Positions 9,019 to 16,959 of a DNA stretch of 25,245 nucleotides are shown here, piece by piece. Source of the DNA: Candidatus Coproplasma sp. GTDB taxonomy: Bacteria; Bacillota; Clostridia; Christensenellales; Borkfalkiaceae. The stretch lies in NCBI GenBank assembly GCA_051887795.1, contig JBJFAG010000010.1, forward strand, positions 1 to 25,245, read 5' to 3'. Each line of letters begins with the position of its first letter. Positions within the stretch are counted from its first letter, which is position 1. A program made the translations under genes and the position numbers. Below the pieces are notes generated by a model that did not search any database, was not told where the DNA came from, and saw only the letters and a program-made list of their open reading frames with translations.

Positions 9019-11598
9019 ATGAGACGTAAAAAGGAAATTTTAGTAGTTGACGATAATGAAATCAACCGTGAGATGCTTGCTGAAATACTCAAGGAGAAAT
9101 ACAGCGTATTGCAGGCAGAAAACGGCCGTATGGCGCTGGAGCTGTTAAAGGGTAAAGAGGGCATAGCGTTAATTTTACTTGACGTTATGATGCCCGTCAT
9201 GGACGGCTATACCTTTTTGGACAGGATAAAAGAGGATAAGGAGCTGTCGCTCATACCCGTGATAGTGCTGACCGAAGGCAACAGCGAGGAGGCGGAGGTT
9301 GCGGCACTTGCGCACGGCGCCACCGACTTCGTTCCCAAGCCCTACCGCCCTCAGGTTATTTTGCACCGTATCGAGAGCATAATAAATCTCAGAGAGACGG
9401 CCGCAATGGTTAACCAGCTCCGCTATGATAGGCTGACGGGCATCTATACGAAGGAGTACTTTTATCAAAAGGCTCTGGAAAAATTGCAGGAAAACCCCGA
9501 TAAAAATTACTGTATAGTCTGCTCCAACATTGAAAACTTCAAGCTGTTCAACGACGTCTACGGCGTGAATACGGGCGACGAGCTGTTAAAGGAGACGGCC
9601 GCTATTATGCGCAAGATGATGGGTACGAGCGGCGTTTGCGGAAGGTTTTCTGCAGACAGGTTTATCTGCCTTCAGGAATTTGAGCAGGAGGAAGAGGACA
9701 GGGCAAACTTCGGCAAGTTGAATATGTCCGTTTCATCCAACATGAAAAAGGTGGTTATGCGTTGGGGCATATACCACATAAGCGACCGCACCGTTCCCCT
9801 TGAACAGATGTGCGACAGGGCTATGCTTGCCGTAAACAGCATTAAAGGTACTTATAATCAATTCTTTGCCGTCTACGACGACGTCCTCCGTGATAAGCTC
9901 TTAAGGGAAAAGGCGATAACCGACGCTATGGAGGGGGCTTTATCGAGGGGTGAGTTCGTCGTATACTTCCAGCCCAAGTACAGCCTTACGGACAATTGTC
10001 TGGTAGGTGCGGAGGCGTTGGTACGCTGGGTACACCCCGTTCACGGCGTAATATCCCCGGGCGTATTTATTCCGCTGTTCGAAAAGAACGGGTTTATCTC
10101 CCGTCTGGATAAATACGTATGGGAACAGGTTTGCCTCAGGCTGAACGGTTGGAAGGAGAAGGGTTATCCCCTCTTACCCATATCCGTCAACGTCTCGAGG
10201 GCGGATATATACAGGCCTAACCTTGAAACCTTCTTTACCGGGCTTATTGAAAAGTACGGCGTGGACCCCTCCTATCTCCACCTTGAAATAACCGAAAGCG
10301 CCTATGCGGAAAATCAGGAGCAGATAATAACCACTGTTGACTGCTTAAGAAATCTCGGGTTCGATATCGAGATGGACGACTTCGGAAGCGGTTATTCCTC
10401 CCTTAGTATGTTAAGCCGAATGAAGCTGGACGAGTTGAAGTTGGATATGAAGTTCGTCCATAACGAGACGGCTAAACCCCTTGAACACAGCATACTGAAC
10501 GACGTTATCAATATGGCGCACAGGCTCAATTTAAAAGTCGTCGCCGAGGGCGTGGAGACGAGGGAGCAGATGCGCAGACTTCAGACGGTGGGCTGTGACT
10601 TTGTGCAGGGCTTCTTCCTTGCAAAGCCCATGCCCGTTGAGGACTTTGAAAAGCTGCTTTTAGTTCAGCGCAAAAGTACTGCCGCTCCCGGCAGGGACAC
10701 TCATTCCGCAGTGCCTGAAAAATACTCCGTAATTATCGCCGACGAGGACTTGAATTTCAGCGGAGAAGCGGGGCTTGCATTCAAGGACGAATACAACGTT
10801 ATTCAGACGGCGGACGCCGACAAGGTCATTGACGCCGTAAACACCAACGGCGAGGCCATAGGCGCAATCGTGCTGAGCATGACTTTGCCCGACGGCGGTG
10901 CGGCTAAGATCATGAAGTGTTTAAGAAGCGAGTCGGGCTATTGGCAGATACCCGTGCTGGCCACTATACCGAGCAGTTCGAGAATGCAATCGCTCCCCCT
11001 TGCTCTGGAGGCGGACGACTTTTTGTGTAAGCTCCATCCCGTTTTCGACCTGAGAAAGAAGGTTCAGCGTCTTGTAGACGAGGCGGTGACGCACAGGCGC
11101 GTAAACGCCCTTTTAAACGAGGCGCACCACGACTTTATGACGGGGCTTTTAAACCGCAGGGGACTTAACGCCGCAATGGAGCAGTTGAGAAAGGAACACG
11201 TCCCCGTTGCCCTCTGTATGTTCGATCTGGACAACCTTAAAAGGGTAAACGATACCTACGGACACGACGTGGGCGACAGAATGATTTCGTCTTTTTGCGA
11301 TCTGTTAAAGCGCAGTACCCGCAGCGACGACTACGTTTGCCGTTACGGCGGAGACGAATTTGTCGTCATCTTAAGAAAGATTGGCGAGCAGGACGCCCTG
11401 AAGAGGGCAAAAGAGATCTGCGAAAGAAGCAGGAAGATAGTGATCAACGAAAGCGTTACTCTTTCGTGTTCGGGCGGCGTGGTAACGTGCGGCGTCGACG
11501 AACCGCCCTCGCTGGAGCTTATCGAACGCGCTGACGAGGCGTTGTATAGCGCAAAGCGCAATAACAAAGGCAGCTGCAACATGTGGCAGAAGGGTTAA
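9019..11598 (+). CDS. c-di-GMP enzyme: REC - degenerate GGDEF - EAL - pseudo-REC - GGDEF
   Basis: REC with VVDD/LLDVMMP/KP; first GGDEF degenerate (SADRF, 9649-9663); EAL intact (EALVRW, EITES, DDFGSGYSS, EGVE, QG); second REC-like domain has Ser (IVLSMTLP) at the phospho-Asp; C-terminal RSDDYVCRYGGDEF with RxxD I-site. Confidence 0.92.
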   Translation: MRRKKEILVVDDNEINREMLAEILKEKYSVLQAENGRMALELLKGKEGIALILLDVMMPVMDGYTFLDRIKEDKELSLIPVIVLTEGNSEEAEVAALAHGATDFVPKPYRPQVILHRIESIINLRETAAMVNQLRYDRLTGIYTKEYFYQKALEKLQENPDKNYCIVCSNIENFKLFNDVYGVNTGDELLKETAAIMRKMMGTSGVCGRFSADRFICLQEFEQEEEDRANFGKLNMSVSSNMKKVVMRWGIYHISDRTVPLEQMCDRAMLAVNSIKGTYNQFFAVYDDVLRDKLLREKAITDAMEGALSRGEFVVYFQPKYSLTDNCLVGAEALVRWVHPVHGVISPGVFIPLFEKNGFISRLDKYVWEQVCLRLNGWKEKGYPLLPISVNVSRADIYRPNLETFFTGLIEKYGVDPSYLHLEITESAYAENQEQIITTVDCLRNLGFDIEMDDFGSGYSSLSMLSRMKLDELKLDMKFVHNETAKPLEHSILNDVINMAHRLNLKVVAEGVETREQMRRLQTVGCDFVQGFFLAKPMPVEDFEKLLLVQRKSTAAPGRDTHSAVPEKYSVIIADEDLNFSGEAGLAFKDEYNVIQTADADKVIDAVNTNGEAIGAIVLSMTLPDGGAAKIMKCLRSESGYWQIPVLATIPSSSRMQSLPLALEADDFLCKLHPVFDLRKKVQRLVDEAVTHRRVNALLNEAHHDFMTGLLNRRGLNAAMEQLRKEHVPVALCMFDLDNLKRVNDTYGHDVGDRMISSFCDLLKRSTRSDDYVCRYGGDEFVVILRKIGEQDALKRAKEICERSRKIVINESVTLSCSGGVVTCGVDEPPSLELIERADEALYSAKRNNKGSCNMWQKG

Positions 11599-11712
11599 AC
11601 CGCAAAGCTTTTTATAGACATATTATTCAAGGTTTTTATAAAACTCCTCAATAAGCAAGCTTTAAAACACTGCTGACGGGGGATAAAATTCCGTAATTAC
11701 CGTGCAAAAATT

Positions 11713-11741
11713 AAACCGTGAAGAAATTTCACGGTTTTTTT
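11713..11741 (+). terminator. Intrinsic terminator of signalling operon
   Basis: AAACCGTGAA-gaaat-TTCACGGTTT followed by TTTT. Confidence 0.85.
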
Positions 11742-11786
11742 ATAAAAAAGGTTAACTTCTATTTCATTTAACTATATAGAAAAGAT

Positions 11787-11826
11787 AATACCGCAACGGC
11801 TTTGGTTGAGCCAATGCGGTATTTTT
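11787..11826. terminator. Terminator hairpin at 3' end of the minus-strand lipid operon
   Basis: AATACCGCA...GGCT/AGCC...TGCGGTATT(TTT) imperfect stem, 9 nt past the hydrolase stop. Confidence 0.65.
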
Positions 11827-11834
11827 AAACAACT

Positions 11835-12896
11835 TTATAAATTTTCATCAAATAATTTAACTATGCTGTCCATCAGCTCGCCGTTGACCTGGCTGTACAA
11901 GGCGTGGTCTACGGTTGAGTAATAGTCGGCCTTTTCCTCATAAGTCAGCTTTCTGCCCTTTTGCTTTTCCAAGGCGAGCAAGCCGTCCTTAACCTGCAAT
12001 TGGTATTCCTCTGCCTCCGCCGAATGCCATATTCCCGTATGGCTGCCCTGCAACCCTTCGCCCACGTAATAGGTGACAAAAGGGTTGGTTATCTCGTCCT
12101 TGTGGGCAATAATCGACTGCTTTTCAAAGTTTATGGTCTTGTCCGTCTTACCGTGTGCCACAAGCACGGGTACGTTTGATTGGTTAATCCCCTTAATTGC
12201 GTTGCATTTGGTGTAGTCGTCGAAGATGAGCTTCTGGTACATATTGAAGAAGGGTTCGGGGATTCTGCCGATTACGCCTGCGTACTCCTCCGCCTTTTCC
12301 GTCATAAGCATACAGGCGTCGTGCATTGCGGCAATCGAAGCGCAGGCCTTAACGCCGTCGCAGAGGGAGAGGACGGACGTTGCGGCGTAACCGCCCCAGC
12401 TATGCCCTATGAGGAAGAGGGGCATATCAGACAGCGACTGCACGCTTTTAATGTGTTTAATCGTCCCCTCCAAGTCTATCAGGGACTGGCACATACCGAC
12501 AAGGTCGCTGCCCTCCGATTCGTAAGTTCCCTGACAGTTGTAGGAAAAGACGCTGTACCCCGCATTGACCATATGCATGATAATGGGCAGGTAATCGTCG
12601 CCGCCCGACTTCATTCCGTGGACCATTACGACTAACCCCTTGTTTTCCTCCGAGGCATAGTAGTAGCCCTTTAGCTTTACGTCGTTAACCGTATAGTAGA
12701 ACTCGGACCGCAGCAGTCTGTCCTGAACGCGTTCATAGCAGTATTCGCCTGGCGTCAGGGCGTAATCGGGGCGTTCAACCTTGGGGAACAGGGCCTCGTA
12801 GGCAATAATAGTTGATGCGGCAGTCGCAACGTTAACGCCCAGTGCAGCCGCAAGCAGCCCTATCAGCACTTTCTTTTTCTTTGGACTAATACGCAT
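11835..12896 (-). CDS. Membrane-anchored/secreted alpha/beta hydrolase (lipase/esterase-like)
   Basis: Basic plus hydrophobic N-terminus (KKKKVLIGLLAAALGV), VVMVHG oxyanion region, GHSWGG nucleophile elbow, HGKTD acid, and a downstream His (SHTG). Confidence 0.85.
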   Translation of the reverse strand: MRISPKKKKVLIGLLAAALGVNVATAASTIIAYEALFPKVERPDYALTPGEYCYERVQDRLLRSEFYYTVNDVKLKGYYYASEENKGLVVMVHGMKSGGDDYLPIIMHMVNAGYSVFSYNCQGTYESEGSDLVGMCQSLIDLEGTIKHIKSVQSLSDMPLFLIGHSWGGYAATSVLSLCDGVKACASIAAMHDACMLMTEKAEEYAGVIGRIPEPFFNMYQKLIFDDYTKCNAIKGINQSNVPVLVAHGKTDKTINFEKQSIIAHKDEITNPFVTYYVGEGLQGSHTGIWHSAEAEEYQLQVKDGLLALEKQKGRKLTYEEKADYYSTVDHALYSQVNGELMDSIVKLFDENL

Positions 12897-12933
12897 TTCA
12901 TACTCCTATTATGTCTTAAAAGATATGGTTTTA

Positions 12934-13929
12934 TTAGAACTCGCAGTCGACGTTTTGGTGTATTCTTAAAAGCTTTAAATCCATTGAGGCAACCGAGAGT
13001 ATATAGCCTCCGTCAGCGTTTAAGCGCATACTGCGGGTGGTAAACTCCTCCGTCTCTATGGAGTCGGGGGAAAAGGCTCTGCCGCCCTGCATTTTAAAAA
13101 TGCTCTCCTTCTGAGTCCATTTCTCTGCAAGGTAAACGGCTTTGTCGGCCTGGGCGGCGTACTTTTCCTCTTCGCTTCGCGTCAGGAATTTATGCCTTAT
13201 ACTCTCCAGCCTGTCTGTTATCCTTTCAACGTCCACGCCGACCGCCCTGCGGCTTACGCAGACTGCAACTATTTCTCCGCAGTGGGAGAGGGAGAAGCTG
13301 CAGCCGTCCGTAACCCATCTGCCGTTCTCCTCCTTGGCAAAATCCGTCTTTTTAGCGCTTAAGCCGAAGGTATGGAACAGGGCGTATTCAAGCAGCTTCC
13401 AGGCGCAATACTTTTCCCGCTGAACCCTTTCGTTGGTACAGCCTTCAATCTCCTGCCAGCGCTGCTTGCAGGATAACTTTTTCATCTTCAGCCCGTCGGG
13501 AATTTTGGCCGTGTACACGTCAACAATGGGCAGGTTATGGAACATAGCCCGCACGGCGTCTGCCTGGGTACACTTCTTCTCACCCATAACACATTCGTAG
13601 GCGAAGTGTTCGCAGTTGTTATACAGCATATTATAGCCCTTTTCCCCGATGCGGGAGCGGGCCTTCCGCACTGTGATTTCACGGGGGATACGGGCCTTTA
13701 ACTCCCTTTTATCCAGCACCGCCGTCTCTAAAAAACCGCCCTGTAAAAATCCGTCCACGTCAGAGGCGCAGACCTCCACGTCGCAGTCCTTTACCGACAG
13801 TCTGGCGGAAGGGGCAAGCCCGAACTGAATAACTTCCCCGTCGCTGACATATACCCCGTAATGATAGATGTTGCCTATCTTAACGCGGATCATATCCCCG
13901 CTTTCAGGCTGAATCATCTGCCAGTTCAT
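12934..13929 (-). CDS. LRAT/PLAAT-like (permuted NlpC/P60) acyltransferase fused to Sfp-type 4'-phosphopantetheinyl transferase
   Basis: N-term: GDMI...YHYGVYV (H23), EVIQF (Q35), YNMLYNNCEHFA (C106). C-term: FSLSHCG, VGVDVE, WTQKESIFK PPTase motifs. One uninterrupted frame. Confidence 0.85.
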   Translation of the reverse strand: MNWQMIQPESGDMIRVKIGNIYHYGVYVSDGEVIQFGLAPSARLSVKDCDVEVCASDVDGFLQGGFLETAVLDKRELKARIPREITVRKARSRIGEKGYNMLYNNCEHFAYECVMGEKKCTQADAVRAMFHNLPIVDVYTAKIPDGLKMKKLSCKQRWQEIEGCTNERVQREKYCAWKLLEYALFHTFGLSAKKTDFAKEENGRWVTDGCSFSLSHCGEIVAVCVSRRAVGVDVERITDRLESIRHKFLTRSEEEKYAAQADKAVYLAEKWTQKESIFKMQGGRAFSPDSIETEEFTTRSMRLNADGGYILSVASMDLKLLRIHQNVDCEF

Positions 13930-14183
13930 TGCTCTACGTGCGCCTCTATATAGTCGAGTACGTCGCCGACGCAGCCAAAATCGCTGAAGCTTACGTTGTC
14001 AAAGCGGATGTTGAAAAACTCCTCGATAGCGATTACAACGTAGATAATGCCCACCGAATTTAACCCGAGGTCGGTAGTTAAGTTGGATTGTTCCGTACAG
14101 TTATCTAAATTTACGGAATCTCCGAGCGCCAACGCTAAAATTTCCTTTAATTTTTCGGCTATTTCCAATCTCTTACTTTGCAT
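13926..14183 (-). CDS. Acyl carrier protein (phosphopantetheine attachment domain)
   Basis: 85-aa acidic protein, DLGLNSVG (Ser attachment site, N instead of usual D), AIEEFFNIRF helix II pattern; ATGA overlap with LRAT-PPTase. Confidence 0.85.
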   Translation of the reverse strand: MQSKRLEIAEKLKEILALALGDSVNLDNCTEQSNLTTDLGLNSVGIIYVVIAIEEFFNIRFDNVSFSDFGCVGDVLDYIEAHVEQ

Positions 14184-15678
14184 TTTGGTTTCTCACAATT
14201 TTTAAACTTGCTGAACGGATGAAGTCGTTTTCGCGAATGACAATCTTGTTTATCCTCTGTTCGGAGGGGAGGGTTGCGTTAACCTTGTTTATCTCTTCAC
14301 GGAGATAGCTTTCGGGGTCTGCAATCTGCATGGAGGCGAGCAGCGCCTTTCTGGGATAGACCTCCAGCACGAGGCCCGAACGCCCCGGTTCGTGGTTTTC
14401 GTAGATAAGACAATCCTGAATGGCGTCAATCTCGCCGAACTTAGCCTCTATTTCCGCAGGGGAAATGTTTTCGCCCGTAGGCAGAACGATAATCTCCTTC
14501 TTTCTTCCCACTATGTATAAGTAGCCCTCTTCGTCAAGGCGGACGAGGTCGCCCGTCTTAAACCAGCCGTCCTCATAGGCGCTGGCGTTTTCTTCGGGTT
14601 CGCCTACGTAGCAGTCCATCATGTTTATGCCCTTAAGCCAAAGCTCTCCGTCCACGATTTTATAGTCCATACCGTCGTAGATAAAGCCGACGGAAGCGGG
14701 TTTTTTCAGCGCTTCGGGGTTACCGCTTACAAGGTTAGCGCTCTCAGTCAAGCCGTAACCGGGCAACAGCGCAATGCCCAGCTTGTCGTATTCGTGTACG
14801 AGGTAGGGGGCAACCGTTGCGGCGCCGCAGATAATCGTCTTAATGTCGGGTCCGAGCATGTTTCTTTTGAACTGCTTGGAGAGGTTGAGCGCCATTTCTG
14901 CAAGAGCGGGTACCACTACGATAATGGTGGGTTTGAATACCGCTATGTCACGGAACATATCCTTATTGTTACGGCAGATGAAAATTGCACTGCCCGTGTA
15001 AAGGCTGGTTAAGAGGTTACGCACCAACCCGAACACGTGGGTTAAGGGCAGAACCAGCATATATCTCTGACCGAACACGTCCTTAATTCCGTAGCAGCCG
15101 TTCTTCACGCCGCGCATAATCGCCTGGTTGGAGAGGAGTGCGCCCTTGCTCTTACCCGTCGTGCCGCCCGTAAAGATTACGGTGCAGGGGGCCTTGCCCT
15201 CAACATTCTGGCAGGGGGTGGAGTCGTCTCCCCTGACGCTATCCTCAAACAGCTTGAAGTCAGGGCGCCTTTGCTGTAAGAACTTAACCTTCTCTGCAAG
15301 GGCGGGGCTGTAGATTAAAGCGTTCAGCGCATATTTCATAGAGCAGCCGAAAACAGTCGTCTCGTCGAGCTGCGGGGGGATTAAAACGGCAACCGCACCG
15401 ATGGTGGTAACCGCTAAATAGGCCGTTACAAAGGCAGCGCTGTTGGGGATATAAATGCCAACGTTATCCCCGCTCTTTACGCCTTGAGACAGCAGGAAGC
15501 TGCGCATCTTTGCGGCCTCATCTTCAAGCTGAGCGTAGGTAATCGAGCGGTCGTTATCCACAACCGCAACGTCGTCCGCATATGCCTCAACGCAGTGTAA
15601 CCACATCTCGCTTACGCTTGCATAGTCGACTATTTTAGCATAGGTATCCGCATCGGTATACTTTTCAAATACGTTCAT
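14173..15678 (-). CDS. Long-chain acyl-AMP ligase (ANL superfamily; acyl-CoA/acyl-ACP synthetase-like)
   Basis: FTGGTTGKSKG P-loop, LPLTHVFG, GYGLTE, WFKTGD, GRKKEII..GENISPAEIE, terminal SLKIVR Lys. ATG15678 has an AAGGTGA SD; the ORF track uses GTG15687. Confidence 0.9.
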   Translation of the reverse strand: MNVFEKYTDADTYAKIVDYASVSEMWLHCVEAYADDVAVVDNDRSITYAQLEDEAAKMRSFLLSQGVKSGDNVGIYIPNSAAFVTAYLAVTTIGAVAVLIPPQLDETTVFGCSMKYALNALIYSPALAEKVKFLQQRRPDFKLFEDSVRGDDSTPCQNVEGKAPCTVIFTGGTTGKSKGALLSNQAIMRGVKNGCYGIKDVFGQRYMLVLPLTHVFGLVRNLLTSLYTGSAIFICRNNKDMFRDIAVFKPTIIVVVPALAEMALNLSKQFKRNMLGPDIKTIICGAATVAPYLVHEYDKLGIALLPGYGLTESANLVSGNPEALKKPASVGFIYDGMDYKIVDGELWLKGINMMDCYVGEPEENASAYEDGWFKTGDLVRLDEEGYLYIVGRKKEIIVLPTGENISPAEIEAKFGEIDAIQDCLIYENHEPGRSGLVLEVYPRKALLASMQIADPESYLREEINKVNATLPSEQRINKIVIRENDFIRSASLKIVRNQNAK

Positions 15679-15683
15679 GTTTT

Positions 15684-16349
15684 TCACCTTTTATCCTTTA
15701 CATATTTATCATAGCGAGCTTTAAGCTCTTCTTCTCTTTGCTGTAATTGCAGGTTAATCGTCTCAACCTCTTTCATTGAAGGCAGCCTGCCGTCAAAGTT
15801 GATTTCAACGGGGTCGCCGACAACTGCCACGCGGCGCTGCCACCACTTGTTAATCTTGTTTATGTAGACGGGAACTATGGGCTTATTTGCCCTGCATGCC
15901 ATAAGGATAGCCCCTGCCTTAAAGGGCATAACGCCCTCGGCCTTTTCGTTGACCTGCCCTTCGGGGAATATAACCACGGCTTTGTTTTCCTGCAATCTTT
16001 CGCACACTGTATAAAAGGTACTCATGTTGAAATTATCCTTATCTACCATAATGCAGTGCATCTGGTTGAAAAAGAACCTCTTCAATTTAGTGTTATACAG
16101 GTTTTTTGTGGCTATACAGTTTAACCTACGCCGCCAGAATACGCAGTGGACAACTATGGGGTCGGTAAAGCCAACGTGGTTTACCGCCGCTAAAAATCCG
16201 CCTTTGATTTTAGGGCGTTTGTTTAAATAGATAATCTTCGGGCGCATCCAGATCAATGCGGGGATTGCACCCGTAACCTTTACGAAGTCGTAGATAAAAT
16301 TACACGTTCTTCTTTTCTTTTTCGTTTTGCATTTGTCTTTGGAGCTCAT
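15684..16349 (-). CDS. plsC: Lysophospholipid acyltransferase (PlsC family) 2
   Basis: NHVGFTD (HX4D), FPEG, FKAGA, PIVPV motifs. Confidence 0.88.
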   Translation of the reverse strand: MSSKDKCKTKKKRRTCNFIYDFVKVTGAIPALIWMRPKIIYLNKRPKIKGGFLAAVNHVGFTDPIVVHCVFWRRRLNCIATKNLYNTKLKRFFFNQMHCIMVDKDNFNMSTFYTVCERLQENKAVVIFPEGQVNEKAEGVMPFKAGAILMACRANKPIVPVYINKINKWWQRRVAVVGDPVEINFDGRLPSMKEVETINLQLQQREEELKARYDKYVKDKR

Positions 16350-16959
16350 CTTTTAAATCTATCACCTTTTCTCTCAATCTCTTACAAATTGCGTCCAGGT
16401 TCTCCTTTTCGCTCAACTTTTCGTCATACCATTCCCGCACGTCGATGGGGGTGCCTATGATTACTCGCGCCCGCTTATTGTTGAAGTACTGCCCGTCGGT
16501 GTACACGGGAATAACGGGGGCGCCGCTCTGCAGGGCCATATATGCCACGCTGGGTTTAAATTCCAGCGGCTTCTCCTCGTCGGGGAGCGCCAGGCGGGAT
16601 TCGGGGTAAATTTCCACCACGCCGCCCTTGTCAAGTATTTTTTCCGCCTTTGACAGGAAGGAAAAATCGTGGGTGTTGCGGTTGACCTTTATACCGCCAA
16701 GCAGCTTTAAAAGCAGCGTCATGATAAAGTTCTTGCTATACAGCACCTCCGCCATAAGGCAACGCAGCGTCCTGGTCCAGAACACGAACATCATAACGGC
16801 AAAATCCATTATGGATTGGTGGTTGGGCATGACTATTGCCTTACCTTTTATTCTACGTCCCTGTACCTTTTTATCTTCATAGTACACCTTGGTACGGAAG
16901 ATGAAAAGGGGGGCGGGGAAGCCTGTAATTTTAAAAAACCAATGTGATAAAGAGTACAT
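16300..16959 (-). CDS. plsC: Lysophospholipid acyltransferase (PlsC family) 1
   Basis: NHQSIMD (HX4D), IYPESR (block III variant), APVIPV; TGATG overlap with MFS stop. Confidence 0.88.
   Translation of the reverse strand: MYSLSHWFFKITGFPAPLFIFRTKVYYEDKKVQGRRIKGKAIVMPNHQSIMDFAVMMFVFWTRTLRCLMAEVLYSKNFIMTLLLKLLGGIKVNRNTHDFSFLSKAEKILDKGGVVEIYPESRLALPDEEKPLEFKPSVAYMALQSGAPVIPVYTDGQYFNNKRARVIIGTPIDVREWYDEKLSEKENLDAICKRLREKVIDLKDELQRQMQNEKEKKNV

Noticed and set aside
11599-11712. Possible c-di-GMP riboswitch or sRNA in the 115 nt between the GGDEF gene and its terminator
   Set aside because: No GGCAAA/GAAA-tetraloop/GCAAAG (class I) or class II pattern, only a weak ACGG/CCGT stem, and no convincing promoter.
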